Assembly (NCBI GenBank): GCA_964549935.1
Contig: CAZJVT010000002.1
Coordinates: 191,066 to 255,065, forward strand
Length of the DNA stretch: 64,000 nt
Origin: an uncultured Candidatus Saccharibacteria bacterium
Lineage (GTDB): Bacteria > Patescibacteriota > Minisyncoccia > UBA6257 > 1-14-0-10-44-23
Direction of reading: 5' to 3'
Shown: positions 9,386-19,136 of the stretch, piece after piece
Position numbering within the stretch: the first letter of the stretch is position 1
How the letters are laid out: the number at the start of each line of letters is the position of its first letter
Notes under the pieces: generated by a model
Databases searched by the model: none
Told to the model about the DNA's origin: nothing
Seen by the model: only the letters and a program-made list of their open reading frames with translations
Translations under genes and position numbers: made by a program

Positions 9386-9504
9386 ACACTAAGTATACCG
9401 CAGATGTGTCGTAAAATATTCCCGGGCTTCGTGAGCGGCAAAAGACTATGTTACAGCGTACTAGTACACGGTAACATAGCAGAAAAATATTTCCGTCGCT
9501 TTAA

Positions 9505-10248
9505 TTAGTGAGTTATCTCTATCCGGACCGGATCAGGATGGAACTCCAGTTCGGTATCGGTATACACAATGAGTGGTGGCAGCACGAACTGCGCAGGCTG
9601 CTCGCCGGCGATTCGGATAACCCGCTCGGGATGCGCATGTCCACCTGTGGCGGGTAGCCCAGCCTGGATACGCTTAACCTGGTAGGCCTTAAGCTTTCGC
9701 TCGAGCGCCTCCCCTAGCCCGCCGGAAAGTAATGACTCCAAAAACTTTTTAAATGCCGAAGCGGTTTTGTGTCTGTGGCGCAGGTCGCCTTCGTAGAGAG
9801 GCTTACCGGCGAGCCAGCTTTTATTCGCCGCAAAGAACTCGGCCAGCTTAGCATCGCTGCCATACACGGGCGCAAGCCCGGCGTACATCCGCTGCCAGTA
9901 TTCATTCTTCTGCAAAGACAGCTTATACGTCGCAGGAGTGACAAAGTGGTTTAAACAAATCTTATCACTGGCCGCGACGGAGTGGTCGAGCTTGCTGCGC
10001 CGCCAGCCGAAGAGACCAAAAAGAATCGCGGCAAAGAACCTGGCTGTAAAAATCCGCCCGGCGCGCGCACCGATTAAAACGTCGAAGTCACTCTCCTCGT
10101 CCACGTTGCCTATTGCCATTGAACCGCTACCAAAAGCAAACTCAACAAACGGAATGTGTCGAAACAGCCCGGTCTTTTTTAAAAACCGCGCCCACTTTTT
10201 GTCGTACAGCAGCTGCTGGTCAACTTCATTCTTACTTTCTGCCTCCAT
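9505..10248 (-). CDS. Nucleotidyltransferase-fold (Pol-beta superfamily) protein
   Basis: GSGSMAIGNVDEESDFDVLIG matches the GS-x(9-13)-DxD nucleotidyltransferase signature; 247 aa. Confidence 0.55.
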   Translation of the reverse strand: MEAESKNEVDQQLLYDKKWARFLKKTGLFRHIPFVEFAFGSGSMAIGNVDEESDFDVLIGARAGRIFTARFFAAILFGLFGWRRSKLDHSVAASDKICLNHFVTPATYKLSLQKNEYWQRMYAGLAPVYGSDAKLAEFFAANKSWLAGKPLYEGDLRHRHKTASAFKKFLESLLSGGLGEALERKLKAYQVKRIQAGLPATGGHAHPERVIRIAGEQPAQFVLPPLIVYTDTELEFHPDPVRIEITH

Positions 10249-10660
10249 ACAAATTCAAAAATTCGTCCCTGAACATAATTGCCCAATGCACCTCACGAGC
10301 TTCATTGGGAAAAACGCGCGCCTTATCTTCTGGCGAAATTGGTCCTCGAATATGGAAACCAAACCGCTCAATCAGCTCTGGATGCTCGGCAACTATCCAT
10401 GACGTTGTTGTGACTGCTTTCGCCTCGGCGAAGGCCGGATCGTCTCTCATTTGCCCAGCTAAAATTCGCATTCCGTCGAGAACGTTAGCGATTTTTTCCT
10501 TGGTTGAGAAATCGAACATGGGAGCAAGATGGAGCGCGATACCTTTTCCTCCGTCTTTAAACTCCCGAATATGATAACCGAGCACCTCATTTAGCCGCAC
10601 AAAAGTCGGGTGTCTTTCAAAAAAGGCGTCTCTAGTTGATCCCGGCCGTGGCTCTGCCAT
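10232..10660 (-). CDS. Hypothetical protein, partner of the nucleotidyltransferase
   Basis: 142 aa; 17-bp overlap with the downstream nucleotidyltransferase gene; no recognisable motif. Confidence 0.45.
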   Translation of the reverse strand: MAEPRPGSTRDAFFERHPTFVRLNEVLGYHIREFKDGGKGIALHLAPMFDFSTKEKIANVLDGMRILAGQMRDDPAFAEAKAVTTTSWIVAEHPELIERFGFHIRGPISPEDKARVFPNEAREVHWAIMFRDEFLNLYGGRK

Positions 10661-10664
10661 ATTT

Positions 10665-11750
10665 TTATTCCTCTACTGCTGGCTTTTCTAATGCTTTAAC
10701 TTCAAAGCCGACGCCCTCGCCGGTAATGCGCATCACGTCCTTGTCTACCTTGCCGAGCTCTTTGTACGCCGCGTTGTAGTGATTGACCGTCGTACTCATC
10801 GCGTTGCCGAGCTTGAGCATATAGTCTTCGTGGGCCTTCCAGTGCTTCTGGAGCTCGCCGATACGCTTAACAATGTCCTGGGTCGCCTGTTCGATCTTAA
10901 AGGCTTTAAGGCCATACAAGACCGATTGCAGATAGGCAGCGAAGGTCGTCGGCGAGACGATAATCACCTTCTTTTCGTTATAGGCGTAATCGATAAGGTT
11001 GCGGGTGTTGACCTTAACGGCGCCAACCTCATTAACGAGCAGGTCGTAGTAAATCCCTTCGGCCGGGATAAACATAAAGGCAAACGGCAATGTCCCCTCC
11101 TCGGAGCGGATGTACTTTGCGGTCTCGTCGATGCGCTTTTTTAAATCATTTTTAAAATCTTTTTCGAGCTCCTCGCGCTGCTTGTCGTCAATTGCCTGCG
11201 TCACGCGGTTGTAGTTGTCGAGACTGAACTTTGCGTCGACAGGAATGATGCCGTCTTTCGTAATTATCGCGGCGTCGACAACCTCTCCGTTTTTAAACGG
11301 ATACTGCATTTTATACGAACCCGGCGGCAGAATGTTGCTCAAGATGAGTTCTAGAGAGGCCTCACCGAGGTTGCCGCGCTGCTTTTGGTGCTTCAAAACT
11401 TTTTCGAGGTTCGCGAGCTGCTCGGCAATCGTCATAAACTGCTTCGTCTGCTCGTTGGTCTTCGTCTGCTCACGAGTAACGTCTACCAGCGACTTGTTCA
11501 TCTGCTCGCTGATTTCACGCAGGAGTTGCTGACTCTGACTAAACTGGTGCCGCACGCTCTCGGTCATTTCTTTACGGCTCTCCCCGAGCTTGCTATCAAC
11601 CGCCTGGGTAAGTTGCATCAGCTGCTGCTGAAGCAGCAGCATGCCCTCACCCTCTTCTTTGGGCGCGGCAGAACGACGCATATATATAAGAAGGATAGCA
11701 AAGCCACCGATAAGAACGAGCAATAAAATGCCGAAATAAACAGGGGTCAT
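10665..11750 (-). CDS. rmuC: DNA recombination protein RmuC
   Basis: N-terminal transmembrane helix, long coiled coil, C-terminal RmuC nuclease-like region (VDAAIITKDGIIPVDAKF..FAFMFIPAEGIYYDLL); 361 aa. Confidence 0.7.
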   Translation of the reverse strand: MTPVYFGILLLVLIGGFAILLIYMRRSAAPKEEGEGMLLLQQQLMQLTQAVDSKLGESRKEMTESVRHQFSQSQQLLREISEQMNKSLVDVTREQTKTNEQTKQFMTIAEQLANLEKVLKHQKQRGNLGEASLELILSNILPPGSYKMQYPFKNGEVVDAAIITKDGIIPVDAKFSLDNYNRVTQAIDDKQREELEKDFKNDLKKRIDETAKYIRSEEGTLPFAFMFIPAEGIYYDLLVNEVGAVKVNTRNLIDYAYNEKKVIIVSPTTFAAYLQSVLYGLKAFKIEQATQDIVKRIGELQKHWKAHEDYMLKLGNAMSTTVNHYNAAYKELGKVDKDVMRITGEGVGFEVKALEKPAVEE

Positions 11751-12106
11751 ACTTTTAGTATAGCTCCATTTGAATAAATAAACGAAAACCCGCCTGAGCC
11801 ATGCATATCTTGACGACCTTTTTCCTTAACGACCCTGGCCGAAGTGATTTCCCCCACTTTGATATGCCTTGCCACTATTGCAGGAAATAGTGCCTGCGCA
11901 AAACATATCGCTGCGAGATGATCGAAACGGCTATTCCGAGTCGCCGGTCATGCTGATCTCCCCACCTCCTGACTACCCATAGGTCACTCGTCAAGCTTAG
12001 GAAAGGTGCGATGGCCCAAACGGGCTATCCCTATTATAAAGCTCACCGCGGAAAAGGCAAATGGCTTAAAATCGCAAACTGTTATTTAAGAGTGAATAAG
12101 TACCTC

Positions 12107-12679
12107 TTACCTTGCGAGGTAGATAATAAAGCCAACGGCGATCGTGTTGATAACGAAGGAAACGAGCATAATGTAGCGCATTCGCAGGTGCGTAAGTCCC
12201 ATCATGCTAAGGCCAAGTTCATCCGGCAGTGGTGAGGCTATAACAAGGGCGCCGAAAAAGATTGCGGCAACTCGGATGAGCCACGAGGAGGCAAATTTTT
12301 CGAATGTCCCATGTGTCCTTTTGACGAGATACTCGAAAAGCTCATCGAGCATGCTGACTTTAACGGCGGCGATTAATCCGGCGTCGCCCAGCATCGCTCC
12401 CACTCCCCCCAGGAGCGCGATACTGTAGAGTGGCAGCGCGCCATCACGGGCAAGAACGATAAAAATTGCCAACGAGAGTGGCGTCGTTGAAAACGAAGTG
12501 AAGCAAAGCCCCCCGATAAAGGCCATCAGCAGCAGCCACCCGCCGCCAAGAGCCGCCCACTTATCGAGTAATCCGGAAACGACAAGCAGGTATGATGCCG
12601 TAATTATAAACGCAACGAGCACAAAGTAGGTCATGTGCCGCAGCGTGAAAATCTTTTTAAAAATTTGCCCTGTTGTCAT
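12107..12679 (-). CDS. DedA/VTT-family-like integral membrane protein
   Basis: 190 aa with 4-5 transmembrane helices and Gly-rich membrane segments; family assignment is tentative. Confidence 0.4.
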   Translation of the reverse strand: MTTGQIFKKIFTLRHMTYFVLVAFIITASYLLVVSGLLDKWAALGGGWLLLMAFIGGLCFTSFSTTPLSLAIFIVLARDGALPLYSIALLGGVGAMLGDAGLIAAVKVSMLDELFEYLVKRTHGTFEKFASSWLIRVAAIFFGALVIASPLPDELGLSMMGLTHLRMRYIMLVSFVINTIAVGFIIYLAR

Positions 12680-12720
12680 ATCTGTTTCCTGTTAGTACAG
12701 CCGTTTGAATACCCGGTCGC

Positions 12721-14271
12721 TTACGCTTCAAGCAACGGCAACAGGCTCGTTCCGGTCATTTCGGCGGGCTTTGGGATTTTGAGCAAATCTAAAATCGTCG
12801 GCGCAACGTCAGAAAGAATACCAATGGCACCTTCGGCGGAGACCTGCGCCATCCGTGCCTCATGCTTAAACTCCGGACCGACAACGTAGATAGGCACCGG
12901 GCTCGGATCGTGGGTCGTCTCCGGGCTGCCCGTCATTGCGTCTAGCATCACCTCAACATTGCCGTGATCTGCAGTCACGACTAAGTAGCTCCCCGTCTCC
13001 TCGCAGGCTTTGACGATGCGCCCGAGCTGCTCGTCGACGGTCTGGGCGGCAATAATGGCGGCGTTAAAGTTTCCGGTATGTGCAACCATGTCGGCGTTGG
13101 CAAAGTTTAAAACGACAACGTCATACGTGTGATTAGCAATCGCATCGACAACCTGGTCGGCAATCGCCGCAGCCATCATCTGGGGTTCTAAGTCGTGCCG
13201 CTCGACGTTACGCGAAGGAATCAAAACTTTATTCTGCCCCGGGAACTGCTCGTCGCGATATCCGTTAAAAAAATACGTCACGTGGGCATACTTTTCCGTC
13301 TCGGCAATTGAAAGTTGCTTAAGTCCGGCGTCTGAAAGAACTTTGCCAAGCGGCTGACTGACGTCCTCCGGCGGAAAAGCGACCGGCACCTTAAACGTCT
13401 TTGTATATTCGGTCATCGTCGCGACAAACAGATTCTCAAACTTCTTAACTGGGAACTTGTCGAAATCCTTTTCTATAAAGGAAGCGGCGATTTGGCGGAT
13501 GCTGTCTTCACGAAAATCACAAAAAACTAACGCATCGCCGTCGACAATTGGATGCCCTATGGCAATCGGCAAAAAGTACTCATCACTTTGGTCTATCTCG
13601 TAAAACTTCCCAACCGCCTTATCAACGGGCACATCTGTCGGCGCGAGATTTCCGACCATTGCATCGTAGGCTTTCTGCGTACGATCCCAGTGACTATCGC
13701 GATCAAGCGCAAAGTGACGCCCGGTGAGACTCGCCAAGGTGCCAACGCCGGCATTAGCCGTCACCTCGCTCAACTTCGTCAAAAGCTGCAATACAGAATG
13801 CGGCCTACTGTCCTTGCCGTCAGCGAACAAATGCAAATTAACTTGTTTCACACCGTTTGCCGCCGCGACTTCAATCAGGGTCTGCAAATGCTCAAAAGCT
13901 GCATGAATAGTCCCCTCGGTCAAAAGGCTGGCGATATTTAAAGCCGAATTATTTTTCTTAACATGCTCGAAGGCCTGCAAAAAAACAGGATTCTTCTGAA
14001 ACTCCCCGCGCTGTATAGCCAGTGTGATACGCGGATAGTGTTGATACAAAACCTTCCCGGCGCCAATTGTCAGGTGGCCGACTTCAGAGTTGCCGACATC
14101 GGTCCATGGCAGCCCCACAGAGATACCGGAAGCCTGGAGTGATCCAGCTAAGTAGTGCTGGCTAAGATATGGGATAGTCGAAAGGCTCGCCTTGGCAAGC
14201 GGATTCGTAAAATCCTGTTTCCCTACTCCCCAGCCGTCTAAAATTGCTAAAACCAACATCGGTCGCTCCAT
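12721..14271 (-). CDS. gpmI: 2,3-bisphosphoglycerate-independent phosphoglycerate mutase
   Basis: 516 aa; LAILDGWGVG N-terminus and VTADHGNVEVMLD metal-binding motif. Confidence 0.85.
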   Translation of the reverse strand: MERPMLVLAILDGWGVGKQDFTNPLAKASLSTIPYLSQHYLAGSLQASGISVGLPWTDVGNSEVGHLTIGAGKVLYQHYPRITLAIQRGEFQKNPVFLQAFEHVKKNNSALNIASLLTEGTIHAAFEHLQTLIEVAAANGVKQVNLHLFADGKDSRPHSVLQLLTKLSEVTANAGVGTLASLTGRHFALDRDSHWDRTQKAYDAMVGNLAPTDVPVDKAVGKFYEIDQSDEYFLPIAIGHPIVDGDALVFCDFREDSIRQIAASFIEKDFDKFPVKKFENLFVATMTEYTKTFKVPVAFPPEDVSQPLGKVLSDAGLKQLSIAETEKYAHVTYFFNGYRDEQFPGQNKVLIPSRNVERHDLEPQMMAAAIADQVVDAIANHTYDVVVLNFANADMVAHTGNFNAAIIAAQTVDEQLGRIVKACEETGSYLVVTADHGNVEVMLDAMTGSPETTHDPSPVPIYVVGPEFKHEARMAQVSAEGAIGILSDVAPTILDLLKIPKPAEMTGTSLLPLLEA

Positions 14272-14497
14272 ATAGACTATAGTATACCCTGCCGCCCTCC
14301 CCTTTGGTAGATGTTTGTACGGAGATTCTTATACAAGACAACAAAAAATATTTTCCCGCAACGCATTTTACAAATATTCCGCTTTCGCCTATACTAACGA
14401 AGACAGTTTCTCATTAATTACTTAGTTAATTTTCTATTCCCTCAAGCTTTCATGGTCACTCTTTTGACTGCGAACATCGTGCGGGACCTTATCACTT

Positions 14498-16024
14498 ATG
14501 GAAATTCTATCCAACCCACTGGTTTGGGTCTTTTTAGTTGTCGGGGCAGCAGCAGGCTTCTTTGTCAGTAAGTCGCGTGGCTCAAAAACAGCCGCATCCG
14601 TAGATGCGGAAATTAAAGTTAAGCTCGCCGAGTCGGAAAAGAAGGCCGAGCACCTTGTCGCTGACGCCAAATTAAAGGCGGCGGAGGTCTTAAACGAAGG
14701 CCAGAAGGCGGAACGTGAGCGCAAAGAAAAGCTCGACAAAGTTGAAGAGCGTCTTTTAAAGCGCGAGGAGACCCTAGAGTCCCAGGCCGGTAGCTTAACG
14801 AGCCGTGAGAACAAGTTGCAGGAGGAGCTCAAGAAAATCGACACACTCAAAGCCGACGCTGAGGCTGCCAACGTTAAAGCCGTCGCCCACCTCGAAAAGA
14901 TTACCGGTATGAAAGCCGAGGAGGCGAAGTCGATGATCATGAAGGACATCACCGAGCGTTACAAGGCGGACATGGTCGCTACTATCCAAAAAGTTGAACA
15001 CGAGCGCCGCGATGAGATCGAGAAGAAGGCTTCAGAGATTATCACCACCTCGCTGATGCGCTACGCCCGCAGCCAGGTCGCCGACGTGACCACCTCGGTC
15101 TTCCACCTCCCGAGCGAGGACATCAAGGGCAAAATCATCGGCCGCGAAGGACGCAACATCAAAGCCCTTGAGCGAGCCACCGGCGTGGAAATCATCATTG
15201 ACGAGGCTCCGGAGTCTATCATCCTCTCTTCGTTTGACCCGCTCCGCCGCGAGATTGCCCGTATGACGCTCGATAAAATGATTAAGGACGGCCGCATCCA
15301 GCCGGCGCGTATCGAGGAGACCGTCGAGGCCTGCAAGACCGAACTCATCCGCCGCATGCAGGAAATTGGCGAACAGGCCACCCTTGAAGTCGGTATCACC
15401 GGCTTCCCGAAAGAGATTCTGCAGCTGCTTGGCCGCCTGCACTTCCGCACCAGCTACGGGCAGAACGTCTTAATGCACTCCGTGGAAATGGCACACATCG
15501 CCGGCATGGTCGCCCGCGAGCTCGGCTGTAACGTCGATATCGCCAAGAAGGGTGCGCTCGTCCACGACATCGGTAAGGCCATCAGTCACGAAGTCGAAGG
15601 CACACACGTCGAACTCGGCCGCAAGATCCTCGCCAAGTACGGTGTTGAACAGGCTGTCATTACCGCAATGGAGAGCCACCACGAGGACTACCCGTTCTCT
15701 TCTCCGGAGGCCTACATCGTTACTATGGCCGACATTCTCTCGGCAGCCCGTCCGGGAGCTCGCCGTGATACAGTTGAGCAGTACATCAAACGCCTTAAGG
15801 ACTTAGAAGAAATCACCAGCAAGTTTGATGGCGTAAAGCAGGCCTATGCCCTCTCCGCCGGCCGCGAGATCCGCGTCTTCGTTGTACCGGAGAAGATCGA
15901 CGACTTCGCAGCGCTCGAAATGGCACGCAACATCGCCAACAAGATCCAAACCGACATGAAGTACCCCGGCGAAATCAAAGTAAACGTAATCCGAGAAACC
16001 CGAGCAGTCGAATACGCAAGATAG
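14498..16024 (+). CDS. rny: Ribonuclease Y
   Basis: N-terminal transmembrane helix and coiled coil; KH domain (GREGRNIKALERATGVEIIID); HD domain (HSVEMAHIAGMVARELG..VHDIGKA); 508 aa. Confidence 0.9.
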   Translation: MEILSNPLVWVFLVVGAAAGFFVSKSRGSKTAASVDAEIKVKLAESEKKAEHLVADAKLKAAEVLNEGQKAERERKEKLDKVEERLLKREETLESQAGSLTSRENKLQEELKKIDTLKADAEAANVKAVAHLEKITGMKAEEAKSMIMKDITERYKADMVATIQKVEHERRDEIEKKASEIITTSLMRYARSQVADVTTSVFHLPSEDIKGKIIGREGRNIKALERATGVEIIIDEAPESIILSSFDPLRREIARMTLDKMIKDGRIQPARIEETVEACKTELIRRMQEIGEQATLEVGITGFPKEILQLLGRLHFRTSYGQNVLMHSVEMAHIAGMVARELGCNVDIAKKGALVHDIGKAISHEVEGTHVELGRKILAKYGVEQAVITAMESHHEDYPFSSPEAYIVTMADILSAARPGARRDTVEQYIKRLKDLEEITSKFDGVKQAYALSAGREIRVFVVPEKIDDFAALEMARNIANKIQTDMKYPGEIKVNVIRETRAVEYAR

Positions 16025-16173
16025 AATCTATACTCTCGGCCCGCACGATTTGTGCGGGCCGAGAACGTTTCCGGGTTGCATCTTATCCACATAAGCTAAA
16101 AACCTCGCTATTGCGTGTTTTCTCGACGCTCGTGTATAATTCCTGCATTAACAACTTAAAAAATAATTTCTCT

Positions 16174-16449
16174 ATGAAGAAAGACGACTTGGTTGAAGCG
16201 CTCTACAAAGGAGCTTCGCTCCCGACGAAGAAGCAGGCCGGCGAAATCGTTGACTGGTTCTTTGACACTATTACGAACGCTCTCAAGAAGGGTGACGAAG
16301 TCGGTATCACCGGCTTTGGAACTTTTAAGGCTGTGAAGCGTGCTGCTCGCCAGGGTCGCAACCCTAAGACCGGTGAGAAGATGCAGATCAAGGCCTCGGT
16401 TGTTCCTAAGTTCAAGGCTGGCAAGCTCCTCAAGGACGCCGTTAAGTAA
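16174..16449 (+). CDS. hup: DNA-binding protein HU
   Basis: MKKDDLVEALYK..GFGTFKAVKRAARQGRNPKTGEKMQIKASVVPKFKAGKLLKDAV; the ORF-track start at 16111 is an upstream in-frame extension. Confidence 0.85.
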   Translation: MKKDDLVEALYKGASLPTKKQAGEIVDWFFDTITNALKKGDEVGITGFGTFKAVKRAARQGRNPKTGEKMQIKASVVPKFKAGKLLKDAVK

Positions 16450-16500
16450 GAAGGACTTATTCACACTTTTGGCTTCAAAACCAAAACTGTGGTATACTAG

Positions 16501-16546
16501 AAATCAGTCAAGGACCTGCTCTGTGAGGGAGCAGGTTTTTGATTTC
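16501..16546 (+). terminator. Rho-independent terminator after hup
   Basis: cctgctc-tgtgagg-gagcagg followed by ttttt, nested inside an outer aaatcag..tgatttct inverted repeat. Confidence 0.65.
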
Positions 16547-16573
16547 TAGTCCCCTTTTACGTATACTTACCTT

Positions 16574-16795
16574 ATGACAATTACACATGGCACTAAAAAG
16601 TTTTTGAAAGGCACGCTTATCTTTATCATCGCTGCTAGCATGGTACTCCTCTACCTCGCCCCTATCTTTAGCGGACCGGTAGCGGCACCGCAGCAGCAGC
16701 TCCCCACCCAGCCAACGCAGGCTCCGACCGGCTTTATCGGACCAATGGGCTCACCAAGCGTCAAGGGGCCAACCGCTCCCCCGTCTTTGAAATAA
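16574..16795 (+). CDS. Small hypothetical membrane protein (Pro/Gln-rich C-terminus)
   Basis: 73 aa with one transmembrane helix; weak support. Confidence 0.3.
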   Translation: MTITHGTKKFLKGTLIFIIAASMVLLYLAPIFSGPVAAPQQQLPTQPTQAPTGFIGPMGSPSVKGPTAPPSLK

Positions 16796-16942
16796 GCTTG
16801 CAAGAGTCGCCAAATCTGATAGAATATCTCCTATGTCGCCCTTGTTAGTGAAGCGGGGTTGACCAAGCTGAAACAGTTGCCGACCCAGCCTCTGCTGTCT
16901 CCTGCGGGCCTCGCCCGCCGTAGCCAGCTACTGCTGGCGAAG

Positions 16943-17013
16943 GCGGGTATCATATAACGGTATTATGTGACCTTGCCAAGGTCAAAACACGGGTTCGACT
17001 CCCGTTACCCGCT
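16943..17013 (+). tRNA. tRNA-Gly (anticodon GCC)
   Basis: acceptor GCGGGTA/TACCCGC; anticodon stem TGACC/GGTCA with loop TTGCCAA; T-arm ACGGG-TTCGACT-CCCGT; discriminator T. Confidence 0.8.
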
Positions 17014-17032
17014 CAATTAAAAATAAACAAAT

Positions 17033-17872
17033 ATGACTCAAGAACTTCCGACTGCAACCGTGCGTCCGATGCTTGAAAATCCTACGACCCTTCTTAAGAA
17101 GGCTTGGCAGCTGATGCTTGCTAATGCCGGCGTTCTTTTTACATTAAGTCTTGCTCCGTTAGTTTTTGCTTTTTTCGTCGGTCTTTTAGCGGCCGGCTCA
17201 AAGCCTGCTACGGTTATCGGCGGGATCATTGCGGGCATCGTCCACGTTCTGACGGCAATTGCTGTCATAGCGGTACTCAATGCTCGATCAACCGGCGAGA
17301 CGAAAACTATTAGCCAAGCCTATAAAGTCGCTCTCGAACGGTTCCTCCCGCTTGTTTTGACGGGCCTACTCATTGGCCTAGCTAGCTTCGGCGGCATGCT
17401 CATCTTTCTTCTCCCGGGAATACTTATAGTTATTTGGGCTTCGTTTGCTACTTACATCGTCGTACTCGAGGAAATCTCCGGTCTCAAGGCATTCGTAAGA
17501 AGCGCTGCATACGTTAAAGACTACTGGGCTGCAATTTTTGGCCGCAATCTCTTCGTTGGTTTTCTGGCGATGCTGCCAATGATTGCTTTTTTCATCGTTA
17601 AGTTGATTGTGATCGGCGCGCAGACAAAAACCCCTGGGATGGATGCAGTCTTTAACTCGCTATACAGTTTTGCTATTACCCCGCTGCTCGCCTGCTACAG
17701 TTACCTCCTATATCGCAACATTATCCAAATCAAAGGTACTGAGCCGGTAGCACCGGCAAAGGCGCGTGGCGTAGTCATCACCTTCGCAATCATTGGCATT
17801 GTACTCGTAATCGCATTCGTCGGCCTAGCCGTCTCCGGACTAGGCACGCAACCGGCGATGCCGCTGCAATAG
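17033..17872 (+). CDS. Hypothetical integral membrane protein
   Basis: 279 aa with about 7 transmembrane helices. Confidence 0.5.
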   Translation: MTQELPTATVRPMLENPTTLLKKAWQLMLANAGVLFTLSLAPLVFAFFVGLLAAGSKPATVIGGIIAGIVHVLTAIAVIAVLNARSTGETKTISQAYKVALERFLPLVLTGLLIGLASFGGMLIFLLPGILIVIWASFATYIVVLEEISGLKAFVRSAAYVKDYWAAIFGRNLFVGFLAMLPMIAFFIVKLIVIGAQTKTPGMDAVFNSLYSFAITPLLACYSYLLYRNIIQIKGTEPVAPAKARGVVITFAIIGIVLVIAFVGLAVSGLGTQPAMPLQ

Positions 17873-17880
17873 CCCGATCT

Positions 17881-19128
17881 ATGCGTTTTTTGTTCGACGC
17901 AGTATCAACTGAAATCGCACATTACAAATCGTTTGCCTCTAAAAGTAAATCCCTGCTGATTTCAGTCTTGCTACGTGCACTTGCCCAGCCTTTTTTTGCC
18001 GTCTTCCTAAACGCCTTCCTCTGGAAAGAAAGCAAAACGTTTCTTGCTTTAGCGACCTACAATATTGCCTTCTTTATTGGCATCCCATTCGGCTTCCTAC
18101 TTAACGGACTGCTACTGCGTCGCATCGCTCCGGCAAAACTCTATGCCTTTAGCATGATTGCCGAAAGCCTGATTATCGGCACGCTGATTTTTTCCCACGA
18201 GACCAGCCTCCCATTCCTACTGCTCTTCGGCGTACTTTACGGAGTGATGGCCGGTCTTTACTGGGCCAACCGCAATACGATAGAACTCCAGTTTGTCGAT
18301 AACAATGACCGCCACTACTTTAACTCTTTCCAAAGCGCCGCGGCATCAATTATTGGCATCGTTTTGCCGTTTGCGATTGGCTGGCTCCTAGTACTCGGAG
18401 AAAAAACTGGCCTCTACACAACGCATCACGCCTATGAATTTCTAGTCTTAATCGCCGTCGTCATCCTGCTCTTTGCCGGCAAGGTCCTGCTGCGACGCGA
18501 TGGCGAGATAACTCGTTCCAGTAGGATATTCATGAGCGAACGCAGTCACCTTTGGAAGAAAATGGAGCTCACCTGCTTTTTAATCGGTTTTAGTGACGCA
18601 GTCACCTCGTTTATGCCGGCGCTGATGATTTTGTATCTTGTCGGCAACGAGAGTGCGCTCGGCACCATAACCTCAATCTCCGCGATTGTCGGAGCCATTG
18701 GCATTTATATTATTGGCAGGGTTACGCTGCCGTCACACCGGCCAATGCTGGCAAAAACTGCTATCGTCGTACTTATCGCAAGCTCAATTATGTTTGCCGT
18801 CTTCTACTCCCCGCTCGCGGCGATCCTCTTTAATATCGGCATCGCAATCTATGAACTTTTCTTCTCAAATAGTCACAATACAATCGTGTTCCGCACCATT
18901 GAATATGATCAAAAAGACGCAACACTACATTACGCGCACCTCGTTGATCGCGAGTTCTTTTTAAACGCCGGCCGGGTTGCAGGAGGTATTATTTTCGTCG
19001 CCCTTGTTCTTGCCTTTTCGCCAGACACCGCGTTGCGCTTTAGCCCAATTATTCTGGCTCTGACCCAGCTACCGCTCATCTACCTGTTCCCGTACATCTT
19101 TAACCACCACAAGCAGGGTTCAAAGTAG
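17881..19128 (+). CDS. Multi-pass membrane transporter (MFS-like)
   Basis: 415 aa with about 12 transmembrane helices; family assignment tentative. Confidence 0.45.
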   Translation: MRFLFDAVSTEIAHYKSFASKSKSLLISVLLRALAQPFFAVFLNAFLWKESKTFLALATYNIAFFIGIPFGFLLNGLLLRRIAPAKLYAFSMIAESLIIGTLIFSHETSLPFLLLFGVLYGVMAGLYWANRNTIELQFVDNNDRHYFNSFQSAAASIIGIVLPFAIGWLLVLGEKTGLYTTHHAYEFLVLIAVVILLFAGKVLLRRDGEITRSSRIFMSERSHLWKKMELTCFLIGFSDAVTSFMPALMILYLVGNESALGTITSISAIVGAIGIYIIGRVTLPSHRPMLAKTAIVVLIASSIMFAVFYSPLAAILFNIGIAIYELFFSNSHNTIVFRTIEYDQKDATLHYAHLVDREFFLNAGRVAGGIIFVALVLAFSPDTALRFSPIILALTQLPLIYLFPYIFNHHKQGSK

Positions 19129-19136
19129 CCCGGACG

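Noticed and set aside
12011-12235. ORF 12011..12235 (+) of 74 aa
   Set aside because: It is antisense to the 3' end of the DedA-like gene and upstream non-coding DNA, with no ribosome-binding site and low-complexity composition.
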